This document shows, piece after piece, positions 50,960 to 64,000 of a DNA stretch of 64,000 nucleotides. The DNA lies in assembly GCF_006345805.1 (NCBI RefSeq), contig NC_042999.1:28396001-28460000 (forward strand). The letters are read 5' to 3'. The notes under the pieces are model-generated. The model saw nothing but the letters and a program-made list of their open reading frames with translations. It was not told the origin of the DNA and ran no database searches. Every line of letters begins with the position of its first letter. The first letter of the stretch is position 1. The translations under genes and the position numbers were made by a program. The stretch is from Octopus sinensis. Taxonomy: Eukaryota.

Positions 50960-51793
50960 ATTTTCATTTTGAAATATGAATTAGGAAGAAATGTCGCTAA
51001 ACTGTTCAGTAGTTTTTTTCATGACTTAGTCATCAAGAATGGGTATCCCGTATGACTTAACTTGATCTCCCCGGAATGCTTGAAGAAACGGAAGAATCTA
51101 TTCAGATAATGGATGTCCAGGTCCAAAACCTCGCAGCGCGTGGTCTTCTGTAAAATGATCTACGGACCAAGTTACTGTGTTATACACCATCTCGGATTAA
51201 ATTTACACCCCAAGAAGAAAGACCCTTCCCCGTGCTGGATTACATCCAATTTGCGCTTAAAATATGACCATCACAATTATAAGATAGAAGACTCTTACTC
51301 TACGTACTGACTATTGGGATCGGACTCGAAATCATATATTTCTGTAGCTAAATTCTTACCTACTCAGCCTTAGCAGCTGTCCAGTTCAATGTTGTGACAG
51401 AATAACAAAACCATTAGAAAAATGTATTTCTTCAATAACCATTCCTTAATACAAAATGTCCCTCATCAAGTAACTCCCTCAAAAGAATAGAAGTTTTTAT
51501 ATACGAAAATATGCTAAAGAAAACTATTTCAAAATAGAACAAAAGTAGTCAAATATAACTACAATCCTGAGATGTGATTGCTTAAAGATTGTGCATATTA
51601 TAATTCTGTCGTAGCATGACAGCTGTCTGATACGAGAATATTAACTGTCTTATAAAATTTGACGAACGGAAAATTCAGAATAATCATTTCTATGTGACCA
51701 TTATGTAATCACGCTTACTATACATACATACGTAGATACATACTTACATACGTTTGTGCATGCATGAATACATATATACATTCATATAAATGT

Positions 51794-51837
<44 letters not shown>

Positions 51838-54619
51838 GTATTTATATATAGGTACACACACACGCACGCACAGACACAGACACACACACACATATATGCC
51901 TCACTTACAAAATTACAAATATACTCAAATACACACACTCATACATAACTATGTGTATGTGTGTAAAGTGCGTGTAAAAGAGGAAAAAAGATATATATTA
52001 CGTTACACAATACAATTGCGGCTTTGTGTCCACCACTAAAAGATTCACGTGTTCTTGCACATGTATAAACATGTATACACTGCGGTTCTGTAGATTGTGG
52101 TTGATATTGATTTTAAATAACGTGTGTCGGTTTCGTCTGCTTGATTCTAATCAGTGAACTTGCATGTACTTCACACCATTGGATCTGCTTGATAGCCTGC
52201 CAATGTGATCTTTTGTCTCTCCTTTCATTTGGTTTCCAATATCTTTCATATTTTCCGAATTTGCATGAACTTAACTCTGTATATCCACTGGTTTATCGCT
52301 TTCTGTCTACTCTGAATCCCAAAATATAATCTGCCTTAAAAGTTCGAGAATTGTTCATGCGTAATAAGATGAAGTACATCTTTTGTTACAATCTTGTGCT
52401 TTTGTTACTATCTCTTTTGCATTGTGGTGCTCATTGGTCACAGAATGTCCTCATTGCCACCGCCGTGGTCGTCGTCATCATCTTCATCCTCATCCTCCTC
52501 ATCTCCTCCCCCTCCTGCTTCTTGGTCTTTCTTTCCTGCCATTGGATTCTTGTTATACGATATAAATATATTTGGTAAAAATCTTCGTGTAACGCTCGAA
52601 AGACATACCGGAGTTGATGTCTTGCTGAGTACTTCTGAAAAATAAAGCGCAAAATGTTCGAGAGTTATGACGTAATCATATTTTACTCCAGTGTTTTATT
52701 TGGGAACCTTCAAAGCTAAACTGAGTCGGTAAGATCGCACTTTTTCATCATCATGTAGCGGCGTAGGTAATCACATAATTTAACAGTTACATGCAGCTTC
52801 GATATCCAGTCCAATATGTAGCTTAGTTTACGGAGTACGACCAGACATACTCAATATATGTGTTCCTTTTTTTCCGTTGGTTCACTGCGGTATAGCGGTT
52901 GAAGAATGACACCTTCATAAAGGAAAAATCCAAAATTCATAGACAGGCAAGACCATTTGCTTCCGATCCCCATTCAGGTGTGATAGATACCAATATTTCT
53001 CCATTTTTGTGGCTTTTCACCACCATGTACCTGAATCGAACGTACGACGAACCGAATCACCAGTCTATGATTATACAGAAATAGTGCAAGAACAACTTGG
53101 TGGTATTCTACAGCAATGTATATGCAAGATTATCTTCAATAACAAATTAGAAGCAGCGGCAGTCCTGTAAAAGTTATCGACCGCACTTACTCAGTGTATA
53201 TGTTTTGCATGTTTGGCTGTTCGCTGCAAAGTAGCGTTGTGGGGATGACTCCCTCATAACGCTGGGTGTCAGAACAGCTGAATTTCAATGACAGATGAGA
53301 CAACTCACCTCCGGGCGCATTCAGGTGTGATACATATCGATATTTCGCCTCCAGTTTGAAGATAACGCAGACTCGTGGAAAGGAGAGCGGTATGCGTTTG
53401 TATTTATGTAAAGAGAATATTTATGAGATACTGTTACAGCTAGTTATTTGCTTGCAGTTATATCATTGAAGCTCAACAACGTAACATGCATTTGAGTGTA
53501 TATATGTACTCCTCTGTATAGTTTGACTAACCTCTGTATAGTTTGAACTCACACTAAATAGCTAAACTATTACACGTACATTTGTCATATTCACTCTCAG
53601 TGTTTCGTCGGGCGGTGATTTAGGGGAAATTAGAAGTTTTATACCTTATGATCGTATATTTGTTAGTTTACCATTCTTAAATGAAAGCTTCTATATGGTG
53701 AATATATCAGGAAAAGGCAACACCCAAAATTTAGGTCTGCAGGAATATGGCAAAGCGGTAATCTGTGAGGTAGTCTGAAAAATCATCAATGCATATTGTT
53801 TGTAGATGAGAGGAAAATGTCTTTTAAACTATAACAAATATGAAATATAAGACAACACTGGAGAAAAAAAACAACTTTAGTAATGAATGTATATGCTGAT
53901 CTTTGATAATCCCGTCAGTGATCTTAACATTAGAGTTGTTCAGAATATGGGAGATTTTAATTAAGAAAAAAAATATGACCACACAAAAATTGTTAGGTGT
54001 AAAATTGTTCACTTCTACTACGGGAAAATGGGCTAACGAATAATATTGTTGATTACATGTTAAATGTTGTACGTTGGATATGAGCTGCAGGCGCAATAAA
54101 TGTCAGCCAGGCTACATATATTCTGGTTGATGCGTGACGAACTAGCTGCGTCACTAATACTTGAAGAATTATAAATCAGAAGATTCCCAATGTGGTCATT
54201 GGAATGAGAACAGCTTTAGCATTAGAATTTCATTAGTGGTCCGTTTCCAAAATCTAGAAACATTACCGAATACGACAGGCACCAAGAGAAGTCTGTGGAG
54301 TACAGTAGACGAAGTGTGACTTTATCAAATAAGAAAAGATTAGTAGTTCGAATATATTAGTGTGGAGTACACATATTTAGCATAGACACAAAACCTGGAA
54401 TTTCTGAAAGAGTGAAAGCATTATCTTCGAATTTCTACTACAACTTTATGCCATCGACTCTGAAAGGGCGAAAAATAAATTTAATCTCATCGAGTTTTCT
54501 GATCACAAAGAGTCGGGATATTTCCAACGTTTTAATTATTGTGCGTATCCGTTGCTAATGATGATGATGAGGATGATGATGATGATGATGATGAGGATGA
54601 TGATGATGATGAGGATGAT

Positions 54620-55320
54620 GATGATAACGATAATAGCACTACGGATAGCGACAAATGCAGAATGTGTGATGAGGGGGGTGAAACGGTATGGCACGTTGTC
54701 AGCGAATGCCCGAACTTGGCACAACGCGGATACAAAAGACGCCATGACAATGTGTGAAGACTGATCCATTGGAGCTCTGTGCAGATCACGGCCTACAGAG
54801 AGCAAAGACGTGGCATGAGAAACTCCAGAAGGAATCACTAAAAATGAGAATTGCAAAATCCTGTGGGATGCAATGATCTAGTGCGATCACACGACCAGAC
54901 ATCGGAAATCGGACGTTATTGTGGTGAATAAAAAAGAAAGAGCATGTATGATAATCAATATAGCATGTTCCGGTGACAACAGGATCAACATATAAAAGAA
55001 AAAGAAAAACATAAACAACTATGACGATGTGAAGTGCGAAATACAATGGTTGTACTCAATGAAGAGAATAGACGTGATGCCAATAGTAATTGTTACGCTT
55101 GAAAGTTTCAGCACTCAACTAACAACATGGCCGAAAAATATTGACGCAAGTGTGAAGGTAAATGACCTACAAAAATCAGCATTGCTTCGAACTGCAAGAA
55201 TTCTTCACAGGTTTCTTGAAGCACGACCAGTAAACAAGTGTCACTTTAGTCTGCTGGGTGTAGACAGCTGACACTTTCCATGATACCTAGCAAAATAAGC
55301 TGTGAGTTTTCATATATTAA
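54620..55320 (+). mobile_element. R4/Dong-type LINE 3' portion
   Basis: DKCRMCDEGGETVWHVVSECPNLAQRGYKRRHDNV (CCHC + RHD), NCKILWD, RKSDVIVVNK, LQKSALLRTARILHRFL; (GAT)n on the left, (AAT)n at 55325-55465 on the right. Confidence 0.9.
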
Positions 55321-55340
55321 TGATCATAATGAGGATGATG

Positions 55341-55416
<76 letters not shown>

Positions 55417-55432
55417 TAATAATAATAATAAC

Positions 55433-55466
<34 letters not shown>

Positions 55467-55468
<2 letters not shown>

Positions 55469-55860
55469 AATTTGACAAGATTTGTAAATATAAAGACTTG
55501 CTAATAGAAATTGAAAAAAAATGTGGCATCTAAAGGCGACTACAGTATCAGTGATTGTAGGATCTCAAGGAATGATAAAAAAGGTACTGAAACCTATTTG
55601 AAAATGATACCAGGCTTACCATCCCTACAGGAAGTGCAAAACATCGTGTTAACTGGAACGGCTCATGTACTGTGAGGAGCATTATCGCTGTGAAAACAAC
55701 ATCCATTTATGAATTTATTTTCTTATTTATTTTTAAATACATATTTTACCTGTGAATTTGCGTGTGTAATCTGGGAATGTAAACAATGAGCTTCTCTGCC
55801 CTAAGAGTATGGAAAGCACTCGGCGAGTAACGGAAGAAAATTTGAAGAAAGAAAGAATAA
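55467..55860 (+). mobile_element. Another R4/Dong-type LINE 3' end between (AAT)n arrays
   Basis: KYKDLLIEIEK.WHLKATTVSVIVGSQGMIKK...PGLPSLQEVQNIVLTGTAHVL. Confidence 0.85.
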
Positions 55861-55867
55861 TAATAAC

Positions 55868-55907
<40 letters not shown>

Positions 55908-56479
55908 TATACATATATGTATACATATGTGTATATATATGTAGATACACACTGATACACACAGAAACACACACAAATATAATTACATCATAAATTGCTT
56001 TAACGACTGCTTGTTGCTCATAATACAAATAAGAAAAGTCATAATTTGTCATAACTGGAACTGGAATAATATGCAATATTCGCATGGACGCTCTTGTAGA
56101 TTATGTATAAGGATAACTATATACACGTTCTAGATTATAAAATTACTTGATTTTGAAAATACTATTAGAATATATTTCCAAGATGTATCTACTCATTCCG
56201 TTTTAAAAGACATTCATTAATATTTCTAAAATTACGAATAAAGATAATAATAACAATAATAATAATAATCATCATTATTTCGGTAATAGAGACGAGGTGT
56301 TTATGAAAATAAAGACCTCAATGTTTATGAGACTTATTTTATGAAATTAAATTTCATAAAAGTTGGCGGTTTATGTAGAATATGAAAAACTTCTCTCATA
56401 ACAGGAAATTAAATTAGATGATCCATTTAAAAAGAGCCATGAAGCACAAATTCCAGTTAGACACTTAACACTAACCCAC

Positions 56480-56745
56480 AGTTGGTAATTTGCTGGAAGG
56501 CTGCACATTTAAGCCCATCTAACATCCTTGTCTTCCTACCGTCACTTCCAACTGAACATCATTCACAACATGTCCATTCTCTCGTCATTCACTTCCTCTT
56601 CAACATCACATTTCTCTCCAGTTCAACTTCTCTCCGACTGTCAATTTTCCCACTTCAGCTACAAACGATATCGTGGTCGGAATTAAATCATCCTAGTCGA
56701 ATCAGCCGGTGGATTCATCTGTCCGAGACGGCTCTGTAGGCGTTT
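56480..56745 (-). mobile_element. Possible RTE-like LINE remnant
   Basis: Weak NGHVV..GRQG similarity to RTE C-termini; many stops. Confidence 0.25.
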
Positions 56746-57075
56746 GATATATTTCTGCAACCCACCAATACATAGACATTGAAAAATTGAAAATTTATAT
56801 TCAGAGCGGGTTCTTTGCATTAAGATCATCTGAGAAAGGCCCGTTTTAATTAAATGCTAAGCATGCAAAGATTCTTTACATTTAGCAATGCTTGTTTTCA
56901 TGTTAGTTACAACAGGTGAAACTTATTGGAAGTTCTCATACTGGTTGAGCTAAAGATTATTCCACGTTACTTTTAAAGAACATAGTCATTTATTGCTGTC
57001 GCTGACTGTTGTCTTTCCATTGGCTATATTCCATGGCTATCAGATGAATTCAAACAGACGGCGACATTTAATAAG

Positions 57076-57461
57076 CCAGGCGAAATGTTTAGCGGTATTT
57101 CGTCTGCCGCTACGTTCTGAGTTTAAATTACGCCGAGGTCGACTTTGCCTTTCATCCTTTCGGGATCGAATAAATAAGTACCAGTTACGCACTGGAGTCG
57201 ATGTAATCGACTTAATCCGTTTGTCTGTCCTTGTTTGTCCTCTCTGTGTTTAGACCCTTGTAGGTAGTAAAGAAATAGGTATTTCGACTGCTGTTACGTT
57301 CTGAGTTCAAATTCCGCCGAGGTCGACTTTGCCTTTCATCCTTTCAGGGCCGTTCAAATAAGTACCTGTTACGCACTGGGGTCGATATAATCGACTTAAT
57401 CCGTTTGTCTGTCCTTGTTTGTCCCCTCTGTGTGTAGCCTCTTGTGGGCAGTAAAGAAATA
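57076..57461 (+). mobile_element. SINE dimer (30424-30656 family)
   Basis: Junction AAAGAAATA|GGTATTTCG at ~57277. Confidence 0.9.
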
Positions 57462-57748
57462 AAACTTGTAGCTTCGTCAAGGAGATAAGCTACGAGAAAA
57501 CGTGACTGATAAAAGACAACCTGATCTGCTGACTGAGTAGCAAATTCTATGTATGTTTGATATTCAAGATATGCTTCCGGACAATTATCCAAATGATAGT
57601 GGAATTTTATCACATTATTTTCTAGTTTGGCTACATGGATAACATATTTTATGCTCTATCATGCCCTAAACGTGTCCCAAATCCAATCTACCTTATAACA
57701 CAAACACACACTTACACACTTACATACATATACACATACACACATAGA

Positions 57749-57786
<38 letters not shown>

Positions 57787-57789
57787 TAT

Positions 57790-58018
57790 ATATGGACACC
57801 ATGATAGATCGTTAGCTCCTACACGCATTTTTTCTCTCTTTTTCTCTCTCCTTTTTTCTCTCCTTGTTTCCCTCCTTGTTTTTTTTTCTGTGTATCTTTC
57901 TGTCGAAGAGCGTAGGCTCGAAAGGTAAAATATTTTTTCTATTCCTTAGCGCTATACTAATACATTTGTTTTTTGTACTCCACCTGCCTTCGTCTTTTGT
58001 TTATTTTCGTAAACTTTC

Positions 58019-58020
<2 letters not shown>
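57790..58020 (+). mobile_element. PLE terminal-repeat-like remnant with degenerate hammerhead-like motif
   Basis: TTT CTGTCGA A GAGC gtag GCTC GAAA G GTA AAA at 57897-57930; pyrimidine-rich; ends in (TA)n. Confidence 0.5.
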
Positions 58021-58061
<41 letters not shown>

Positions 58062-59399
58062 ATATATATAATATATATATATATTATATATATATAGATA
58101 TATATATAGATAAGAAAGTTTGTTTGGTAAAGCACGTGGGTGAATATATAAGAAAATGGTAAAGTGTGAAAAAACGACAGAAGGCTTAAATGTTAAAAAA
58201 TATATATATTTGTGTCAAAATGTCTGGAGAATATTGGAAAAATTTTTTTTTTTTTTTTTTTTTTCCTTTCCTTAAAATGACATAATTTAAAATTTTTTAA
58301 AGACTGAACTCAATTTTCATCAACAAATCCGAACATAATACACAGGCACCTAATGAAACACAGCAGGACACCATACGCACCCAAACCAACCCAACAAAAA
58401 GAAAAATAGGAAACGTTTGGAATACAAACCTGCACAACAGAAAACTCACCTTCTGGAACATGATAAAAAATTCCAACAAAGCAGATATCTACGAGGGATG
58501 GATAAACTCAACACCAATTATCCTCCCACGAAAATTCCAGATAAAATTAATTCCTAACGAGCCTGACGGACAGAGATCTATTAGAGAAATGTCAGCTCTG
58601 TTCAATTTTAAATCAGAAATAGAGCTTCTAAGACTCAGGGCCTCCACAAATTAAGAAAAACTTAAAAGCATAGACGAGGAGATGCACAATCTAATACTAA
58701 AACATACCGAGGGACAACCCCTCGATAATACATTGGATCACTGGAAGGATTCCTGTGAGAGAGAAGAGAGAAATTCTCTCCTACGCTGGGAGAAAAACAT
58801 GGACTTCTTCCAAAAATATAGTGAAACCTTCAAAAATGAATGGGTACAAATAATCCCTTCCTTAAGAAAATTACAATAAATAAAAAAGAAAAACCTAACA
58901 ACCCACGAACAACCCCCAACTATCCTCCATACACTAAAAACAGAAATCACCACAACCAACCTTACAAACCACGCTAGACTTAACAGGGAACTAGCTGAAA
59001 GAGGACGCGTCTATGAAAGAAATTACACCAAAAACAGAACAAACCAACAACATCCTAATACCAGACCCACCACCATACAGCACAATACGACACTAGGATA
59101 AGAAATACACCACACACAAATCACTACTACCCCATGAACCAAAACTACTGGTCCCCACTAAACACAAGGCAAACGCAAAGAAACACTATGTCAAGCAACA
59201 TCCCACATACAAGAAGTTCGAAACAAAAATATTCCCATACAGAAATTTTACACACACCACAAGCATTAACAACCATAGATTCCCTCACACACACAACGAT
59301 CGGAGGCAACAATACCACCACTCCCCCGACCAAATACCACACAACCTCACAGACAACTCATACAAACAAAATTACACCCAACATTTTTTAGCCAGGGAC

Positions 59400-60800
59400 C
59401 AGGGACACCAGGACATAGGCGGGAACCTAGTAATAAGGAAAAACCGAAGATAATCAATCTTTCAACCAAACCTCATTCTAACATAAAAATTGACATCCTC
59501 GCAAAAGGGCTCAAATTTACACCAACTCTCGCAGAGCAAACCTAAATGAACTCAAGGATAATATAACAGAATTTTGCAGAAAATTAAGACTAGCAGAAGC
59601 ACCAAACAGTTTCAATACTGAAGATGAATCACTAGTCAAGAACAAAAGTGAACACATCCCACACAGAGGAAGAAATAAAGATCTTGACGAATTCTGTAAC
59701 CACATTGAGAACTTCCCCTACCATACTATACATAAACAGAAAGCTAACCCAAATTTTAACACTACACAATGGAAAGAACTGATAGAACTCCAAAATGATG
59801 AAGATATAACCATTAAGGAAGCGGACAAGGGAAATGCAGTTGTAATAATGGATACATCATACTACAGAAATCTTGTAATTTCCTTGCTTGATGAAGACCG
59901 ACATTATGAAAAAATTACCAACTACACCCCACAAAAAATAATGAAAACTCTATCTTCACTAATTAAAACCCATGAAAAGGAACTGACAACCAAAGAGATT
60001 GATTTCCTAACAAACTTTAAATGCAAACCTAGCCTTTTCTATGGTCTGCCAAAAATTCATAAAAGTCAAATTATAAATGAAACCATTAAAAAATCACCAA
60101 AGACATACATACACACACCTAATCCGGGGGACCTAAAACTACGACCCATTGTAGCTGGCCCAACCTGTGAAACACACAGACTAAGTCTACTTATGGACAT
60201 CCTCTTGAAACCCTTCCTTAAACATATCGATAGCCATATCAGAGATGACTTAGATATGTTAAACCACCTTCCAAAAAAACCAAGGAAGAAACAATCCTGG
60301 TTTCATTTGATGTAGTCAACTTGTATACCAGTATACCTCATAATTATGGACTGGAGGCAATACAATTCTGGTTAGACCGATTTCCGGAAGAAATACCAAA
60401 AAGGATCAGTAAGGAATTCATTACTAAATCAATTGAATTCATCCTACACAATAACCACTTCATGTTTGACAATACATTTTACCGTAAAAAATCCGGAATT
60501 GCTATGGGTACAAGGGCAGCACCAGTCATTGCGAACTTAACAATGGGATACATGGAAATAATCATTTACCAGGAATCTCTATTAATCTTTGGAAACTCCC
60601 TCTCTCAATACATAAAAGAGAATTGGAAACGATTCCTAGACGATTGTTTCATTCTCTGGAATGAAAACATAGATAAACTCCTAAAATTTAAAAACCTATT
60701 GAACAGCATAAACCCAAATATACAGTTCACAATGGAATACAACCAAAAGGAGCTCCCGTTCTTGGATATACTAATTTAAAAAATTAACCTTAAAATAGAA
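59400..60800 (+). pseudogene. PLE reverse transcriptase (frameshifted)
   Basis: NLS..ILAKGLKFTPT, IKEADKGNAVVIMD, FYGLPKIHK, LRPIVAG, FDVVNLYTSIP, GIAMGTRAAPVIANL, WKRFLDDCF, LPFLDILI. Confidence 0.92.
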
Positions 60801-61259
60801 ACAGATTTTTTACAAAGCCACAGACGCCAAACAATACCTTCTTTTTAATTCATGCCACCCAAGACACACTAAAACAAACATCCCCTTCAACCTTGCAAGA
60901 AGGATATGCACAATAGTGTCAGAACAAAATACCAGGAACTTTAGACAGCAAGAACTCAAAAACACCCTAATTGACAGACATTACCCAGCTCAACTCATAG
61001 AGGATGGGATCAGACGTGCAACAGAAATCAACATAGAAACTTTAAGAAAAGTTCAACACAACAACACACCTTCCCCGAAAATACTACCTTACATATCTAC
61101 ATACAACCCCAGAAACAAAGAAGCCTTCACCATCATCACCCAGAATTTACAATACTTCATAAAAACCCAAAATTAAAGGAAATTCTAACATACACCAAAT
61201 CATTAAAAGCTACAAACAGCCTAAATCACTTAAAAAGATTCTCACAAAGGCAAAATTGT

Positions 61260-61709
61260 CTTCTAAAATTACGGATGCAAAAGTAAAAAAATGTGGTAGA
61301 TCGAACTGTGCAACATGTCCTAACCTATTGGAAGGATCAGAATTCCTCTTTAAAGAGGGACAGAAATTTAAGATCAAATCTAACTTTACTTGTGCCTCTG
61401 AAAAACATAATTTATGTTATTAAATGCTTGGGCTGCCACCAAGACTACGTGGGTTCCACGGGACTATCACTCAGGCGTAGATGCACACTGCATCGACAAC
61501 AGATTGCATTCCCAGAATATAGAATGATACCTTTTAGTGAGCACATTGAGAAATGCGCAAAGCAACTACTGCCACAATTTTTAATCTTCCCATTTTACCA
61601 ATGTGCTTTCGGATCATCAACACAAATGAGACTGAACAAGGAAACATTCTTCATTGAAAAGTACAAACCCAGACTCAACCATCCGAACATACTCACACAG
61701 AGAAATTAA
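61260..61709 (+). pseudogene. PLE GIY-YIG endonuclease (frameshifted)
   Basis: KCGRSNCATC...FTCAS then NIIYVIKCLGCHQDYVGSTGLSLRRRCTLHRQQI...KETFFIEKYKPRLN. Confidence 0.92.
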
Positions 61710-61845
61710 CAAGGAAAAGGGAAAAAAAAATTTTAAGCGATTATCTCCCTTACACCGGAAGAAATCACTCACTACCTCCCCTTATTTAGAAATCTCCTGG
61801 AAATAAAAACGACGATAACTCCATGCAATATAAACATAACGTCAC

Positions 61846-61885
61846 AAGAAATTTGAAAAGCTACACGCGAAACCGGTAATTTCTT
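61846..61885 (+). ncRNA. Minimal type I hammerhead in the PLE 3' terminal repeat, U3:A8 core variant
   Basis: AAGAAAT TTGAAAA GC tacac GC GAAAC cg GTA ATTTCTT: perfect 7-bp stem I, palindromic stem III ACCGGT, predicted cleavage after 61878. Confidence 0.8.
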
Positions 61886-62028
61886 TAAAAAATTTTAACT
61901 TATGTCATTTTAAGGAAAGGAAAAAAAAAAAAAAAATTTTTTTCCAATATTCTCCAGACATTTTGACACAAATATATATATTCTCTAACATTTAAGCCTT
62001 CGGTCGTTTTTTCACACTTTACCATTTT

Positions 62029-62126
<98 letters not shown>

Positions 62127-62132
62127 TATATA

Positions 62133-62200
62133 AGCAGTTTAGCTTAATGGTGAAGCATTCAGCTGGAGTCCTGACGGATGTAGGTTCGGGTCCCATGGCT
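62133..62200 (+). pseudogene. tRNA-like sequence (tRNA pseudogene or isolated SINE head)
   Basis: TAGCTTAATGG (A box) and GGTTCGGGTCC (B box) at tRNA-like spacing; TCAG/CTGA anticodon-like stem; no clean acceptor stem. Confidence 0.5.
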
Positions 62201-62220
62201 ATTTGCTGACAAACTTAGAT

Positions 62221-62369
62221 GCGCAGGAGTGGCTCTGTGGTAAGTAGCTTGCTTACCAACCACATGGTTCCTGGTTCAGTCCCACTATAGTCTCGGGCCG
62301 ACCAAATCTTTGCGATTGGATTTGGTAGAAAGAAACTGAAAGAAGCCCGTCGTATGTATATATATATAT

Positions 62370-62414
<45 letters not shown>

Positions 62415-62430
62415 CTGTGTGTGTGTGTAT
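62221..62430 (+). mobile_element. 5' half of a SINE of the 16463-16877 family
   Basis: GCGCAGGAGTGGCTCTGTGGTAAGTAGC...GAAACTGAAAGAAGCCCGTCG then (TA)/(TG). Confidence 0.85.
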
Positions 62431-64000
62431 GCACAAGGTGATGAGTCAAAACTTTTACAGTTTTTATAAAAGGAACAGAAAACAATATATCCCATTCATG
62501 AATAAAAATATTTTGTAAAATCAACTTGCTATGAACTATGTTATATCAAGGAGGTAAAATCTTACTTCAAGTAAAATCTCCTTTTCAGCGGCCTTAAAAC
62601 GACTCGGGAACCTGGCACATACGTTCCACATTGTGTTCCTCTTTGTAAATCTGTCTGAGCTTGGCTACTAGCTAGGCCTGGGTGTTTTTTTCAACTGCAC
62701 CCACACGTAGTTATCGATAGACAGGCAATTCTGTCTGTTTCTTGGGATAGGGCAAGAACCGAATCCTGTACCACCCTCCCCAACCAGGAGGTTTACGTGG
62801 CCATCTGAATGAAAAAGATTTGGGGTAGCAAGATGTAATCCTGACAAGAGACACCCAAAGACCGTCACAGTTTGGAGGAATCTTGGTTCTCCTGATATTT
62901 GTTACCTGTATTATTCACTAAAATCAAGCATTCTTCAGGAAGAGAACCGCTGGGCAATCCTAACTCATGGTAATGTTTATATAACAATAAAAAGGCGTCG
63001 GTCTATCGCTATGTCTAACCTTGCAGACAATTCAGGTAAAATATATCAGTCCATCGCCCAAAACAAGGCTTATCTGCAGCTAATGTTGCTGTAAGTGGCT
63101 CGGCACACATTTTCTCTGATGGCCTGTATTAACAGAAAATTATGTGCCTGGTACAGGCACACGATACCTCACACGGTCCAGAAATCCAGTATATTACTGA
63201 CAGTCAAGAACCAAATGCCTGAATCGCAAGGTCACATCACGCATTACAGTAAAAACATAAAAGACAGGGGGAAGGAAGAGAGAAAGTCGTACACAATTGG
63301 GGTTAAATGATGGTTAAGTTTGCATTGAGAAATTTGATTAAATACTCATCCACAGCAACATTGAAGTCATAACAACACCCCAAGAGACTTGGAAAACAAA
63401 CATAGATTACACACATTAATGAGAGGTTATCTCGTTAAAAATCTATGAGTAACAAAATAATGTAGAAGAAACCATAATAATATCAGTGACCATAGATGAC
63501 CAAATATGCCTCACTAAATTACGTAGAGGCTTGTAATACCACAAAAGAAGATTTAACAGTAATGGTGTTATATTTTTTTCTACTACAAGTCTATACCCAT
63601 TTAAATGAATATTCTCATTTGACTCAACAGTAATGAATCGATTGCCTGAACTAATGTAACTGACTGAAATAAGGAAGGAGTCGTAATGTGGTTACTCGAT
63701 TTGCTACATATACCTATTAAATATCCTTCTATTCATGCCTTAAATGTAGTCATTTCTACATTCTCTTCTATATGAGAAATAAATTCAGGATGGTCTTGAC
63801 TTGTAGGAATTTGATGAGAGTTCGATCAATAAGAGTTAACTTGAGGCGAAGACACAAAAGTATTTTTCATGAACGATGAAATACAAACTGATATTGAGTT
63901 AATCGAATTAATGTGTATTAAGGAGAGCGTCATATTTTTATATCAGTTCCTAACATTGAGTGTATGAATATAACAACAGGAAAGAAAAATAACAAATACA

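Larger units (their letters stand above)
58110..62036 (+). mobile_element. Penelope-like retroelement, decayed, with 5' inverted terminal repeat
   Basis: Single broken ORF with RT and GIY-YIG; 58145-58303 is the reverse complement of 61882-62036; (TA)n at both ends. Confidence 0.92.

Noticed and set aside
62570-63400. Non-repetitive stretch with broken minus-strand peptides (LVAKLRQIYKEEHNVERMCQ)
   Set aside because: Multiple stops and no diagnostic motif; cannot assign to a gene or transposase.

Overview
AT-rich, microsatellite-dense animal DNA. The SINE families, compound (TA)/(TAA)/(TATC) arrays and LINE content suggest an Octopus-like cephalopod (inference). No complete host gene can be read. 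The window holds: (1) a near full-length Tx1/L1-clade LINE (38773-44914) and a 5'-truncated sister copy in (TATC)n, plus a third 3' fragment elsewhere; (2) a decayed Penelope-like element (PLE; RT + GIY-YIG, 58110-62036) and other PLE remnants; (3) eight R4/Dong-type LINE fragments, mostly next to (TAA)n; (4) many tRNA-derived SINEs; (5) a fold-back element enclosing telomere-like repeats; (6) a probable decayed Toll-like-receptor pseudogene (minus, about 950-3090); and (7) a few candidate exons. The most notable signal is ten minimal type I hammerhead-ribozyme motifs of unrelated sequence at eight loci. They include two palindromes with a ribozyme motif on each strand, two motifs with a compensatory U3:A8 core, and a PLE whose 5' inverted repeat ends 3 nt from the predicted cleavage site. 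All structures were read by eye; no folding, alignment or database search was run.
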